A DNA stretch of 64,000 bases. Origin: an uncultured Alphaproteobacteria bacterium (GTDB taxonomy: Bacteria > Pseudomonadota > Alphaproteobacteria > Rs-D84 > CACZYB01). Both the position numbers and the translations under genes were made by a program. The stretch's first letter is position 1, and the number at the start of each line of letters is the position of its first letter. The stretch covers positions 232,338 to 296,337 of the forward strand of contig CAKQHZ010000001.1 in the NCBI GenBank assembly GCA_934246625.1. Reading direction: 5' to 3'. The notes below the pieces were generated by a model. The model saw only the letters and a list, made by a program, of their open reading frames with translations, searched no databases and had not been told where the DNA came from. Positions 38,409 to 49,747 of the stretch are shown here, piece after piece.

Positions 38409-39731
38409 TTATTTTTTATCAATCAGCATTTCATATAGGTCAAATGATGGATAGCCATCTGGAATTATTGGGTTTCCAGATTTATATGTTGTAATTTCTT
38501 CGCCCGTTGGTGAAACATCTTTATCCCCATCTAAAAGCATATTTTGATACTTTTTTATCGCCTTCATTGTCAACTTACCATACAAACCTGAAATCTTTGC
38601 ATTATAAATGTCAAGTTTTGCAAGTTTTTCCTGTATTTCCTTTATTTGATTTGTGCTCATGGGCTTTATTTTATCCCAATTTGCAGGACGATCAAATAAT
38701 GGTGTAGAGTTTGATACTATTGCATCTGAAAGAAGCCCGATTGATAAAGCATAATTAGTTGAAAAATTCCAACGCATAATATATTTAAAATTGTTATACA
38801 CAAGAAAAACTGGACCATTCACACCATCAGGAGCAATCAAAGATGCACTTATATCTGAAGAAGGAAGTGGTGAACCATCATATTTTTTTACTCCAAGAGA
38901 TTTGAAAAAATTAACATCTTTCCACTCATTAGAATTTACATATTGCCAAACATTTTTATCCTTTTTATCAACAAGAACAGGTCTTCCCCATTTATATTTT
39001 CCATTCCAACCCATTTTTGATAAATAGTTGGCAGCTGAATTTACTGCGTCTTCAAGATTATTGATTAAATCGATTTTTCCATCACCATTTCCATCAACGG
39101 CATAAGCCATAAAGGTTGATGGCATAAATTGGAAATTGCCAAAGGCTCCTGCCCATGAACCTTTCAATGATTTTATACTTATATGACCAGCATTTACGAT
39201 TTGCAAAGCCTTTATAAGTTCTGAGGTAAAGAAATCTGAACGTCGAGGGTCAAATGCCAAAGTTGTAAGGGCTGGAATTATTGAATGATTACCCATATAT
39301 TTCCCATAATTGGTTTCCATTCCCCAAAATGCAATCAAAATTTGTGGTTGGACATTATATTTTTCAGCAACAGAATAAAATAACTTTGCATTTTGTTTGA
39401 GCTTTATTTTTCCATTTGCTACACGTTCAGGCTTTAATGCAGAATCGTAATAGTTCCAAAACGTTTTCATAAATTCAGGTTGTTTTCTGTCGTAATTGAT
39501 AATTTTTGGTTCGTATTTAATATCACGAAAAGCCTCATCAACAATGGATTGCTTTATTTTATATTTTTTTACGGCTGTTTTTTTGAAATCTTCCACCCAT
39601 TCTTTAAATTCCTTATCATCAAAGGTTTCGACATCTTCTGTGGCAGTTGCCAAAGCATTTATTGCTGGGGCTTCCTGTGCCAAAGAAATGTGTGAAAATA
39701 AACATAATATAAATAAAATTAAATACTTCAT
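38409..39731 (-). CDS. mltB: Lytic murein transglycosylase (MltB/Slt35 family) with a C-terminal peptidoglycan-binding domain
   Basis: Signal peptide, GSWAGAFGNFQFMPSTF, and a C-terminal PG_binding_1-like repeat. Confidence 0.8.
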   Translation of the reverse strand: MKYLILFILCLFSHISLAQEAPAINALATATEDVETFDDKEFKEWVEDFKKTAVKKYKIKQSIVDEAFRDIKYEPKIINYDRKQPEFMKTFWNYYDSALKPERVANGKIKLKQNAKLFYSVAEKYNVQPQILIAFWGMETNYGKYMGNHSIIPALTTLAFDPRRSDFFTSELIKALQIVNAGHISIKSLKGSWAGAFGNFQFMPSTFMAYAVDGNGDGKIDLINNLEDAVNSAANYLSKMGWNGKYKWGRPVLVDKKDKNVWQYVNSNEWKDVNFFKSLGVKKYDGSPLPSSDISASLIAPDGVNGPVFLVYNNFKYIMRWNFSTNYALSIGLLSDAIVSNSTPLFDRPANWDKIKPMSTNQIKEIQEKLAKLDIYNAKISGLYGKLTMKAIKKYQNMLLDGDKDVSPTGEEITTYKSGNPIIPDGYPSFDLYEMLIDKK

Positions 39732-39740
39732 TGTAATACC

Positions 39741-41540
39741 TTATATCTTCGCAATATCGTCAATTATAAATTGAATATAATGTTTGCCGTTCCAATCATT
39801 TGCACGAATCTTTCCTGCAAGTTTGAAACGTGAACCAACTTCGGATAATAACACCTCACCAACCTCTGTATCAACTGCTTTATAACAAATAGCTGAAATT
39901 GACTTGCCATTATCAGATGCAAAATAGCACCTTATATTACCACCACCTATTGCATCGCTTCCTGTGAGTTTTGCATTTAAAATTGCGAATCGAGGTTCTT
40001 CGTTTGCAGTTCCAAATGGTTCCAAAATTTTTAATTTATTTATTAACTCATTATTTATACCAGTTATGTCAATCACAGAATCTATGTTTAACACAGGTAT
40101 AATTTTTTGTGATTTAGTTGATGATTCAATATAATCATGTAAGAATTTTTTGAATTCTTCTATCTTTGATTCTTCAAGTGTGAATCCCGCAGCCATAGAA
40201 TGTCCGCCACCTTCCTTAAGGATACCTATTTCCTTTGCCTTTATAATAGCACTGCCCAAATCAATTTCTGGAATACTACGTCCACTTCCATTTGCAATAC
40301 CATTTTCGTCAATGGTTGCCACACAGGTTGGAAGGTTGTATCGCTCCTTTAATCTTCCTGCGATAATTCCAATAACTCCAGTATGCCAATTATTACCACT
40401 TACAAAAATAAAGTTATCATCAGGTTTAAGTTCACTTGATACCTTTTGAAAAGCCTGCTCTAAAACAGAGGCTTCTATATCCTTTCTTTCCAAATTAAAA
40501 TTATTTAATTTTTGAGCAAGGCTGTCCGCTGTCAATGGATTACGTGTAGTTAAAAGTTGTGCAGCAATACTTGAATTTCCAACACGACCACCGGCATTTA
40601 TTCTTGGACCTAAAACATAACCCAAATGATATATTGATGGAGAAGTGCTTACACCTGATACATCACAAAGAGATTTTAAACCAATATTTTGGCGTCGAGC
40701 CATAACCTTTACACCCACAGAAACAAATGCTCGATTAACACCAACAAGTGGAACAACATCACATACAGTGCCAAGTGCAACCAAATCCAAATATGAAAAT
40801 AAATCAGGTTCTTCGATACCCTTTTTCTTATAAAAACCACGTTCACGCAAAGTTTTATTAAGGGCAACTGTTAAAAGAAATACTACGCCACAAGCCGCCA
40901 AATATGTTAAACCAGAATCATCATCAACACGTTTTGGGTCCACAACTGCAACGGCATTAGGAATGCCAACTTCGGCTTCGTGATGGTCAGCAATCACAAT
41001 ATCTAAATCCATTTGATTTGCCAAATCAACTGCATCAAACCCAGTTATTCCACAATCAACTGCAACAACCAAAGTGCAACCAGCGGACATAAGTTTTTTT
41101 AATCCATCGGAGCTTAAACCATAACCATCATTTTGACGATCAGGGATAAAAATTTGAATATTTTTTACACCAACATCATATAAAAATTTATAAAGTATTG
41201 AAGATGAAGTCGCACCATCAACATCATAATCTCCAAAAATACCAATGGCCTCATTTGATTCAATGGCACGAACAATTCGATTAACTGCCTTGTCCATATC
41301 TTTTAAAATAAATGGCGACGGCAACAAACTTTTTATTTGTGGAGAAATATAAGTATCCGTTTTTTCAAAAGGAACCTTTCTTGAATTTATAATTTTTGCA
41401 ATTATATCTGGTAAATTATATTTTTGGCAAACCGCCTGAACAAATCGTTCATCGGGGGTAAACAATCTCCACCTAAACCCATTAAATGAAGTATTTTCAT
41501 CGGTTAAAAATTCGCTTTTATCACCACCTGAGGGAATCAT
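39741..41540 (-). CDS. recJ: Single-stranded-DNA-specific exonuclease RecJ
   Basis: DHH motifs (GDYDVDGATSS, DCGIT, ADHHE) plus a DHHA1 C-terminal region. Confidence 0.9.
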   Translation of the reverse strand: MIPSGGDKSEFLTDENTSFNGFRWRLFTPDERFVQAVCQKYNLPDIIAKIINSRKVPFEKTDTYISPQIKSLLPSPFILKDMDKAVNRIVRAIESNEAIGIFGDYDVDGATSSSILYKFLYDVGVKNIQIFIPDRQNDGYGLSSDGLKKLMSAGCTLVVAVDCGITGFDAVDLANQMDLDIVIADHHEAEVGIPNAVAVVDPKRVDDDSGLTYLAACGVVFLLTVALNKTLRERGFYKKKGIEEPDLFSYLDLVALGTVCDVVPLVGVNRAFVSVGVKVMARRQNIGLKSLCDVSGVSTSPSIYHLGYVLGPRINAGGRVGNSSIAAQLLTTRNPLTADSLAQKLNNFNLERKDIEASVLEQAFQKVSSELKPDDNFIFVSGNNWHTGVIGIIAGRLKERYNLPTCVATIDENGIANGSGRSIPEIDLGSAIIKAKEIGILKEGGGHSMAAGFTLEESKIEEFKKFLHDYIESSTKSQKIIPVLNIDSVIDITGINNELINKLKILEPFGTANEEPRFAILNAKLTGSDAIGGGNIRCYFASDNGKSISAICYKAVDTEVGEVLLSEVGSRFKLAGKIRANDWNGKHYIQFIIDDIAKI

Positions 41541-41604
41541 TTAAAACTATCCTTATAATCAATAAAAATAAAAGGCAGATAAAATACACTGCCCTTATAT
41601 AACA

Positions 41605-42492
41605 CTAATAATTTATATATACTTCTGTTCGTCTGTTTATTGCTTCGTTGATTGGCATATTTTCTTCAACAACCTTTTCTGTATCTGCAACGGCATCAAT
41701 AAATATTTTATCAGAAGGAACACCTTGAGAAATCAACACATCACGAACCTTTTGTGCACGAAGAATTGATAATTCAAAGTTTTTAAGTTTGTTTTGTATT
41801 TCCTTCATATTCTTTGAACGGCTTGAAGAATTTCCAACAACACGAATTGTGCCATTATTCTTCTTTACAAATTCAGCAACTGATTTCAAAGCCTTTATAT
41901 CCTTTGCAGAAATATCAGCTTGTGCATTTGAATGATAAATAATTGTGCTTAAAAATGTAATGCTTTGATTTGAAGTTTTTGTGTCTTCTTTTACATCAAC
42001 AATATTAAATTTTAAATTCTTTGATGATTGTGTTTTTTTAGCTTCAACCTTTTTTGGCATTGTGATAGGACGAGAAACGTGTTTTATACCACGGCTTTCT
42101 TCTGCTTGACGAACAGCCATTTCAAATTCTAAATCAGTATCTGCTACTGGCATTGTTGTATCTTCGACATAAACATCTTCTACAAATGAAACAACTTCAT
42201 CATTATTTGCAACTGGTGCTGTAATAATTTCAACATCGTTTTTTGTATCTTCAGAAATGATAACTGTATCATCAGCTACCTCCTTGTGTTCTTCGATTTT
42301 TTTATCCAAAGAATGCACAGGAGCATTTTCAACTTCAACCTTTACAGTTTCACTTTTGTAGACAACATTTGTATCGATAAGGTCATTAGAATTAACAGGA
42401 ATATTGTTATTTATATCTGATGATGTGCAACCGACAATCGCCAAAAGCATAACTATTGGTAAAGATAAACATTTTTTGATTTCAAATTTCAT
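41605..42492 (-). CDS. OmpA-family lipoprotein
   Basis: Lipobox LAIVGCTSS and a C-terminal OmpA-like domain (NRRTEVYI). Confidence 0.6.
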   Translation of the reverse strand: MKFEIKKCLSLPIVMLLAIVGCTSSDINNNIPVNSNDLIDTNVVYKSETVKVEVENAPVHSLDKKIEEHKEVADDTVIISEDTKNDVEIITAPVANNDEVVSFVEDVYVEDTTMPVADTDLEFEMAVRQAEESRGIKHVSRPITMPKKVEAKKTQSSKNLKFNIVDVKEDTKTSNQSITFLSTIIYHSNAQADISAKDIKALKSVAEFVKKNNGTIRVVGNSSSRSKNMKEIQNKLKNFELSILRAQKVRDVLISQGVPSDKIFIDAVADTEKVVEENMPINEAINRRTEVYINY

Positions 42493-42581
42493 ATTAAAAC
42501 CCTCGTATAAATTATATTTATAAAATATAATACCCCAATTATTACTTTGTTTTCAACAGTTTTCTTTAAAATTTGTATTTT

Positions 42582-43268
42582 TTATTTTTTTACAAATGAA
42601 AGATAGATTGGTTTTCGTAATTCTTTAAGGGCTTTTTGTTCATATTTTGTGGTTTCCCAATCATTTGGAGGATTAACAAAATCTGATGATTTGGTTGCCA
42701 ACCATTCAAATAAATTACTATCCTTCATACAAAATAAAACCCATGGGATATAAATTGGGTGGTCGCTTGCAACAAAAAGATTTCCTCCTTTTGTTAAAAA
42801 TTTATGAAACAAAGTTAAATTTGTTTTATTTATCATACGACGATTTTCATTTCTGTTTTTTGGCCATGGATCAGGATATAAAACAAAAATTCGAGAAAAA
42901 GTTTCGTCCTTGATAAATGGGAATAACAAATTTACATCGTCTGGAAAAATTCGAATATTTTTTATATTATTTTCAAGAATCTTTTTTAAAATTGACGCAT
43001 TTCCATTTACAAAAACTTCGGTTCCAATAAAACCAACATCTGGATTTTTAAGTGCCATTTGAACGATATGGTCGCCATCGCCATAACCAATTTCAAAAAT
43101 AAGTTTTGATGGTGTAAAGTCAAATAATTTATTAAAATCTATAGTTCCAGATTTTGGTAATTTTATTTCAAATTTTGGCATTTCAGAGGAGATTAAATCT
43201 TCCTTTGCCTTACTCATTCCCTTACCTTTACGGCGTCCAAAAAAAGTTTTTTGTTTTATATCAATCAT
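42582..43268 (-). CDS. trmB: tRNA (guanine-N7)-methyltransferase
   Basis: EIGYGDGDHIV AdoMet motif and colinearity with TrmB. Confidence 0.8.
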   Translation of the reverse strand: MIDIKQKTFFGRRKGKGMSKAKEDLISSEMPKFEIKLPKSGTIDFNKLFDFTPSKLIFEIGYGDGDHIVQMALKNPDVGFIGTEVFVNGNASILKKILENNIKNIRIFPDDVNLLFPFIKDETFSRIFVLYPDPWPKNRNENRRMINKTNLTLFHKFLTKGGNLFVASDHPIYIPWVLFCMKDSNLFEWLATKSSDFVNPPNDWETTKYEQKALKELRKPIYLSFVKK

Positions 43269-44043
43269 TGTAATTTACCATTTCTTTTACAAGTTTTACA
43301 TCTTCGGCTGTGGCACCATATTTTACAAATTCATTTAACAGAATTTTAACATAATTCATTTTTTTGATTGTTTCCTTTGTTGCATCAAAATATATGTCAT
43401 TTACCCAAGAAATGACTATTGCAATATGGTCAGAAATAGTTTTTAAATTTTTGTTATCAATAAATTCTTTTTTTATAATGGATTGTCTTACAATATCCGT
43501 CAATGAACCATTTGGATGATGAAATACAGGAATTCCGTGAAGTATAAAGTTTTCCATATTTTCAAGTTTATCTGCATCACGCAAAATTTTTGCAACTATA
43601 TCTGCAATTTTTTTATCCTTGTCGGAAAGTGAAGTATAGTATTCTGAATTATAATCTATACTTATTAAATCGTGTGAAGAAATTGCAAAAAGCAATATTG
43701 GATTATTAAACAATGGATTTGCTTTTAATATATCAACAGCCTTTGCTCCATGATGAAAGATATAATTTGGAATAAAGTTTCCATTTTCATCACATTGATA
43801 GAATCGTGCCAAATCGTGAAGAATTGCAGATAATTCAATAAGCTCCTTAACCTCGGTGGTTAAATATGGCTGTATGCTATCTTCTCTTATCATTATATCA
43901 ATAATTGTATGTGCAACTGCAAAAGTATGTTTCAACTTATGAAGAAAATATTTTTCACAATCTTCTTTTGTTTTGAACTTTGCATATTGAGAAGAATACG
44001 CATTGCAAATAAGTTTTGTTGCCTCATAAATTTTGTCTAACAT
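43261..44043 (-). CDS. HD-domain phosphohydrolase
   Basis: H...HD motif (HTFAVAHT, LHDLARF). Confidence 0.6.
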   Translation of the reverse strand: MLDKIYEATKLICNAYSSQYAKFKTKEDCEKYFLHKLKHTFAVAHTIIDIMIREDSIQPYLTTEVKELIELSAILHDLARFYQCDENGNFIPNYIFHHGAKAVDILKANPLFNNPILLFAISSHDLISIDYNSEYYTSLSDKDKKIADIVAKILRDADKLENMENFILHGIPVFHHPNGSLTDIVRQSIIKKEFIDNKNLKTISDHIAIVISWVNDIYFDATKETIKKMNYVKILLNEFVKYGATAEDVKLVKEMVNYND

Positions 44044-44044
44044 A

Positions 44045-45526
44045 TTATCCTCCTATATTTATAATTGGTAATAACAAAATTGTTATAATAATAAGTAATG
44101 TTGTTATTTGATTTGTAAGTGGAATTACATTATTCCTTATTATATTATTAACGTCCATATCCAAAGATTGATTACTATAAATTACATCTATTGCATTTAT
44201 TCCGATAAGGGAAACCAAAGATGTCATAATTATCAATCCTAAAACAAAAGATGCAAGAACTTCATAATTTATATATGGAAATACGAAATAAAGGCATACA
44301 CAGAATAAAAAGATGTATAAAGAGCTTCTGAAAAATAAATATACACTTTTGCGATTTAATTCCATATATTTTGTTAAATTAAAAATCTTTAATAAATTAA
44401 ATATGACAAGAACTATACTTAAAAACAAACCAATAATAACATTTGTTGAAAATATGTTTATATCAAGTTGTCTTCGTGCAACAAATTCCAATGTTTCAAA
44501 AAAGATATAAAATAACACTATGTTGTTAAGTGATTTTGCAACATATCTATAGCTGTCTGAATTATTATAAATTGATGATGTTGTGTATTTTAAGAATCTG
44601 TTGCCTATCATTGAAAGACATACAACTGCAAGTCCATAAAAATTTCCGAAATTAAGGGAAATAAAAATAATAGCAACCATCAAAAGTCCCGCCCAAAATG
44701 TAGAAGATACTATATTTGAAATAGGATATAAATATCTTAAATTTACTGGAATCTTCCTTTTATCACCAAGTTTATTTATATTCAAATATGTCGCAAATTT
44801 TGTAATAAGATATGTTCCCAAAATTCCTATCATCAAGATAATAAAGATATTATAACTTAATGAAAAAGCAAATATAATCCAAAATGAAACCAAGATAAAA
44901 CAAAATAAATCAAAGAATTCGTTCACATATTGTCTTACTTGTCTTTCAAATTTGTTTGTAAAATATTCTAATATCAACCCAACATTTGAAAGCAAAAGAT
45001 AAACTATACTTATAAAAAATGGGAAATTGATAAGTGTTGTTCGCTTTAATCCCGCACCAAAATAACGTGTAATATCAACAATAGGTATAAGAGAAGCAAG
45101 AATCGCTGTTGTTTCTGTGATAACGATAAATAAAAATGTATTATCAATACCTTTTAAAATAATATTTGAAAAAAGTATTGAAAATTTTGACTTATATTTT
45201 GTAACTATATTGATAATTTTTATAATAATATTACAAAGTATCAAACCTCCAAGAATAAGCAATGATGATAAAATACTATCAAGATTTTCAAAATAGTGAT
45301 TATAGAGGAAATATAAACCTAAAACAGAGATTCCAGAAAAAAACACACTTGAAATCTCACTTAGTTTATATGCAAGGTTTTCATCTATATTTTTAAAAAA
45401 TGTTTTATCCTTAAACCTTTTAAATAAAAGACTTAACAACAAAACAACGAATTCAAAAGAAAAAATCACACCTGCTATATTCATAATAGTCAATACTTGC
45501 ATTGATGAAATTTCACTTAAAAGCAT
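44045..45526 (-). CDS. Polytopic membrane protein, hypothetical
   Basis: About 12 hydrophobic segments. No recognised motif. Confidence 0.4.
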   Translation of the reverse strand: MLLSEISSMQVLTIMNIAGVIFSFEFVVLLLSLLFKRFKDKTFFKNIDENLAYKLSEISSVFFSGISVLGLYFLYNHYFENLDSILSSLLILGGLILCNIIIKIINIVTKYKSKFSILFSNIILKGIDNTFLFIVITETTAILASLIPIVDITRYFGAGLKRTTLINFPFFISIVYLLLSNVGLILEYFTNKFERQVRQYVNEFFDLFCFILVSFWIIFAFSLSYNIFIILMIGILGTYLITKFATYLNINKLGDKRKIPVNLRYLYPISNIVSSTFWAGLLMVAIIFISLNFGNFYGLAVVCLSMIGNRFLKYTTSSIYNNSDSYRYVAKSLNNIVLFYIFFETLEFVARRQLDINIFSTNVIIGLFLSIVLVIFNLLKIFNLTKYMELNRKSVYLFFRSSLYIFLFCVCLYFVFPYINYEVLASFVLGLIIMTSLVSLIGINAIDVIYSNQSLDMDVNNIIRNNVIPLTNQITTLLIIITILLLPIINIGG

Positions 45527-45670
45527 TTAATACTCCTTTTAAACTTTAATTTTATGTTATAATAATCGTAATTTAATTATTTTGCAACTAACCAATTATT
45601 TTTTTGACTTTAAAAGAAGTATTTGCTAACATAGTTAAATCAAAAATATATAAGAGGCTAAAAGAGTAAA

Positions 45671-47068
45671 ATGATTTTAAACAGTATTAGCATTGCAGGG
45701 AAAGAAATTCTCCCTATTATAGAAGGTGGTAAAGGCGTAAATGTTTCAACTGGACTTACTTCTGGAAGATGGGCGAATTGCGGTGGTGCTGGCACATTTT
45801 CTGGTGTAAATCCTGATTTTTATGATAAAGATGGTAATTTTGAAAAACCTGTATTTTATGGAAAAACTCGTCAGGAAAGACAAAAGGAACTTATTGAATA
45901 TGGTATAAGAGGTTGTCTTGACCAAGCAGGTATTGCACACGAAGAATCTCGTGGAAATGGACTTGTATTTATGAATGTGCTTTGGGAACAAGGTGGTTCT
46001 CAAGAATTACTTACAAATGTTCTTGAAAAAGCAAAGGGCACAATAAAGGCTATTTCTTGCGGTGCTGGTATGCCTTTTAAACTTGCTGATATATGTGCTG
46101 CAAACAAAACTTTCTTTAACCCAATTATATCTTCTGCAAGAGTTTTGCAACTTCTTTGGAAACGTTCTTATTATCGTTTCAAGGAATGGATTGGTGCTGT
46201 TATTTATGAAGATCCATGGCTTGCTGGTGGACATAATGGTTTATCAAATGCAGATAATCCTTTGGCTCCTGAAAAACCTTTGGCAAGACTTCTTGAAATA
46301 AGAAAGTTTATGAATGAAGTTGGACTTAAAACTGTCCCTATAATAATAGCAGGTGGTATTTGGTGGCTTTCTGAATGGATTGACTATATTAACAACAAAG
46401 AAATTGGTCCTGTTGGTTTTCAATTTGGAACAAGACCTATGGTAACAATGGAAAGTCCATTAAAGGATAAAGTTAAACAAAAACTTTTAAATATTGATAA
46501 TGGTGGCGTTAAACTTCAACAATTTAGCCCTACTGGACTTTATTCTTCTGCTGTGGAAAATAATTTCCTTAAGGATTTAGAAGCTCAACTTGAACGACAA
46601 ATTCCATTTGCTGAAGAACAAAATGATTCTGAAAACTTTAATGTCGCAGTCGAATTAACTGTGAATAAAAAAACTGTATTTATAAATAAAAATGATGAAG
46701 TCAAATTTAAACAATTTATAAATAACGGTTTTAACCACATTTTAAAAACACCATCAAAAACTTTGCTTTTTGTTTCAAAGGAACGTTTTGATGAAATTCT
46801 TGGTGATATGAAAAATTGTGTTGGTTGTCTTTCAAATTGTATGTTTTCTGGATGGACACAACGCGAAAATGCAATTATTCAACCTGATCCAAGAAGTTTT
46901 TGTATTCAAAAATCTTTGCAACAAATTTCTCATACTGATGATGTAGAAGGAAATCTTTTGTTTGCTGGTCAAATTGTTCACAGATTTAAAACCGACCCAT
47001 TCTATAAAAATGGGACATTTATCCCAACTGTGAAAGAATTGGTTGAACAAATAAAAACAGGTTATTAA
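45671..47068 (+). CDS. Nitronate monooxygenase (NMO)/FabK-like FMN-dependent oxidoreductase family protein
   Basis: TIM-barrel NMO-like motifs (PIIEGGKG, IIAGGIW, GFQFGTRPM). Confidence 0.5.
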   Translation: MILNSISIAGKEILPIIEGGKGVNVSTGLTSGRWANCGGAGTFSGVNPDFYDKDGNFEKPVFYGKTRQERQKELIEYGIRGCLDQAGIAHEESRGNGLVFMNVLWEQGGSQELLTNVLEKAKGTIKAISCGAGMPFKLADICAANKTFFNPIISSARVLQLLWKRSYYRFKEWIGAVIYEDPWLAGGHNGLSNADNPLAPEKPLARLLEIRKFMNEVGLKTVPIIIAGGIWWLSEWIDYINNKEIGPVGFQFGTRPMVTMESPLKDKVKQKLLNIDNGGVKLQQFSPTGLYSSAVENNFLKDLEAQLERQIPFAEEQNDSENFNVAVELTVNKKTVFINKNDEVKFKQFINNGFNHILKTPSKTLLFVSKERFDEILGDMKNCVGCLSNCMFSGWTQRENAIIQPDPRSFCIQKSLQQISHTDDVEGNLLFAGQIVHRFKTDPFYKNGTFIPTVKELVEQIKTGY

Positions 47069-47072
47069 AACG

Positions 47073-47097
47073 AATCCTCCGAATGGAGGATTTTTTA
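47073..47097 (+). terminator. Rho-independent terminator
   Basis: aatcctcc-gaat-ggaggatt hairpin followed by a T-tract. Confidence 0.55.
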
Positions 47098-47315
47098 TTT
47101 TCTATTTAGCAAAAAAAATACCATTTTATTAGCAAGGATATTATTACAGCACCTTGTTCGTTTAATAGCGATTACAATCAAAAAGAACGTAATACGATAA
47201 TACAAGAAATAAAAAAAGTATAAAAATATTTAGAAAATAAATCTATAACGTTAGGTTTAGATTATTAAAAAAATCCCCCTAGAAAGTTCTAGGGGGCATA
47301 ATTTAATTATTATAC

Positions 47316-48821
47316 TTAATTATAAAACCTTGATATGGCTTTATCATTTCTTTTTACACCATATTTTTTATATAAGTTAAATAAATAATCATCAAAAATA
47401 TTTTCTGAAATAGTCCTTTGTTCTGTAGATGCAAAGTTATCAAAATCATCTTTGTTTGTAATTTCTGGAAGAATTATTTTCTTTATTGTTGCAACATAGT
47501 ATATGTCTCCAGATTTTGAAACAAATGGTTTATTGATGTCTTCTGCAAATACTTTGGTTAAAAAGTTTGCATCATAAGAATTGTTAAATCTTCCTGTTTT
47601 TGCATCTAATGAAGGTTTTGCAACTTTATCAACAGAAGATACTGCCATTGCAAAATTTGCTCCATTATTAAGGTTTGAAAGAATTTTATTTACCTTATCT
47701 GATGCTTGTGAAACTTGCATATTATGTTTCCACATTTTTACAAGTTCAGATTTCACATTTTCAAATGATTTTGGTTTTGGTTCAAATACCTTTTCAACAT
47801 AAACCAACATTATATTATCACCATTATCCATAACATCACTTATACCATTTTCATCAAGTGCAAAGAAAGCTATATCACGATATTTTTGTGTGAAAGTTTT
47901 ATCTTTGAATGTTGAACCATCACGTTTTTTGCCTTCTACACTTAAATCAGGAAGTGATGTTTTTGAAACAGAAAAACTTTTTACAATATCATTTATATTT
48001 GAACCACCATTGATTTCATCAATTATATTTTCACCCATTTCAACCATTGTTTTATAGATTTTATCGGTATCGTCCTTTTTAATATCCTTATATTTTACAG
48101 CATCATCAGATGTAATTGTTATATAAGAAATTTTTCTGTATTCTGGTTGTTGGAATTTTGTAATGTTAAGTTTGTAAATTTCTTCAAGCTCTTCTGTTTT
48201 TGGTGAAGAAGCGATTTGTTCATTATCAACTTTGAAACTTACAACATCAATAATACGTTGTTCATTTTTTTGTTTGTAAAGAATTTCTGCTATATTTGTA
48301 ATATTAAAATTACTTACAACTGCATTTATCAAAAGTTCACGTGCAATATTGTTTGAAATTTCAGCAATAAAGTCAGCTTCGCTTACATTGTTTGCATCTA
48401 AAATATATGCAAATTTTTCAGGAGAGAAATTTCCCTTTTCATCTTGGAATTCCTTTGTATTTTGAATTATTTCATAAATTTTTGAATCGCTTACATAAAT
48501 GCCTTGTTTTTTTGCCTCTGTATCAAGCAAAATTCTATACACCATATTATTGATAACTTGGTCAAGGAGGCCCATTTGGATTGCTTGTTTATAATTAAAG
48601 TTTATGTTTGGTCCCATTGCAGATTGCATTTGTGCAATTTGTCGTTTAAGTTCGGTTTCAAGCTCTATTGTTGAAACACTTCGTCCTGCAACCTTTAATG
48701 CGACATCGGCACCAGACATATTGTTCCCACTTATGCCCCAAAAAACAAAACTTGCACCAATTACAAATAATAAAATTCTGCTTATCCAGGTTTCAGAACA
48801 ATTTCTTAATTTATTTAACAT
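47316..48821 (-). CDS. ppiD: Periplasmic chaperone PpiD-like (SurA_N plus PPIase-like)
   Basis: N-terminal TM anchor and a domain layout colinear with PpiD. Confidence 0.6.
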   Translation of the reverse strand: MLNKLRNCSETWISRILLFVIGASFVFWGISGNNMSGADVALKVAGRSVSTIELETELKRQIAQMQSAMGPNINFNYKQAIQMGLLDQVINNMVYRILLDTEAKKQGIYVSDSKIYEIIQNTKEFQDEKGNFSPEKFAYILDANNVSEADFIAEISNNIARELLINAVVSNFNITNIAEILYKQKNEQRIIDVVSFKVDNEQIASSPKTEELEEIYKLNITKFQQPEYRKISYITITSDDAVKYKDIKKDDTDKIYKTMVEMGENIIDEINGGSNINDIVKSFSVSKTSLPDLSVEGKKRDGSTFKDKTFTQKYRDIAFFALDENGISDVMDNGDNIMLVYVEKVFEPKPKSFENVKSELVKMWKHNMQVSQASDKVNKILSNLNNGANFAMAVSSVDKVAKPSLDAKTGRFNNSYDANFLTKVFAEDINKPFVSKSGDIYYVATIKKIILPEITNKDDFDNFASTEQRTISENIFDDYLFNLYKKYGVKRNDKAISRFYN

Positions 48822-48935
48822 TTGAACTTCCTTTCGTAAAAATTTTCACTTTTATATAGAAATAACAAAATAAATATGTTAAAACAAGAAAAATATTTAA
48901 TAAATTTTAACAAACAAACTTAGAAGGAGAAAAAT

Positions 48936-49697
48936 ATGGCTTTTTCAAATAAAAAAATTATTGCTGGTAATTGGAAAATGAACGGTCTTAAACAAGATAG
49001 TTGGCAATTAACAAACGATTTACTTAATAAATTTGAAACACCTGATGGTAATTTGGGTTTTGAAATGATTGTTTGCCCTCCTGCAACTCTTTTGTCTGAA
49101 ATTACCGCTATGGTAGAAGGTTCACCAATTAAAACAGGTGCACAAAATTGTTATGACAAATTAAGTGGTGCTTATACTGGTGAAATTTCACCTATGATGG
49201 TAAAAGATGTTGGTGCTAAATTCGTAATTCTTGGTCATTCAGAAAGAAGAAGTTATTTTTGTGAAACAAATGAAATTGTTGCTCGTAAAGCTCAAGCTGT
49301 ATTGGAACAATCTTTAACTCCTATTATTTGTCTTGGCGAATCATTAGAACAAAAAGAAGCTGGTATTGCAGGTGATGTAATTGAAGAACAATTCTTAAAT
49401 TCTGTGCCTGAAAATGCAACTGTTGATAATATTATTATTGCATACGAACCAGTATGGGCAATCGGAACTGGTAAAGTTGCAACTCTTCAAGATATTATTG
49501 ATATTCATTCAAAAATTCGTGAAGTTTCAGAAAAGAAACTTGGTTCAAAAGATATTACAATTCTTTATGGTGGAAGTGTAAAACCATCAAATGCAGAAGA
49601 AGTATTTTCAACTGATGAAGTAAATGGTGTGCTTGTTGGTGGTGCATCACTTAAGGCTGATGATTTTTGGAATATCGCAATGGCTAGTATAAAATAA
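48936..49697 (+). CDS. tpiA: Triosephosphate isomerase
   Basis: AYEPVWAIGTG and ILYGGSV active-site motifs. Confidence 0.9.
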   Translation: MAFSNKKIIAGNWKMNGLKQDSWQLTNDLLNKFETPDGNLGFEMIVCPPATLLSEITAMVEGSPIKTGAQNCYDKLSGAYTGEISPMMVKDVGAKFVILGHSERRSYFCETNEIVARKAQAVLEQSLTPIICLGESLEQKEAGIAGDVIEEQFLNSVPENATVDNIIIAYEPVWAIGTGKVATLQDIIDIHSKIREVSEKKLGSKDITILYGGSVKPSNAEEVFSTDEVNGVLVGGASLKADDFWNIAMASIK

Positions 49698-49722
49698 AAA
49701 CACTATACCGAAAATAAAAGAA

Positions 49723-49747
49723 AAGCTCCATAATGGAGCTTTTTTTA
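49723..49747. terminator. Bidirectional hairpin terminator between tpiA and the ankyrin gene
   Basis: aaagctcc-ataa-tggagcttt, with A/T tracts on both sides. Confidence 0.5.
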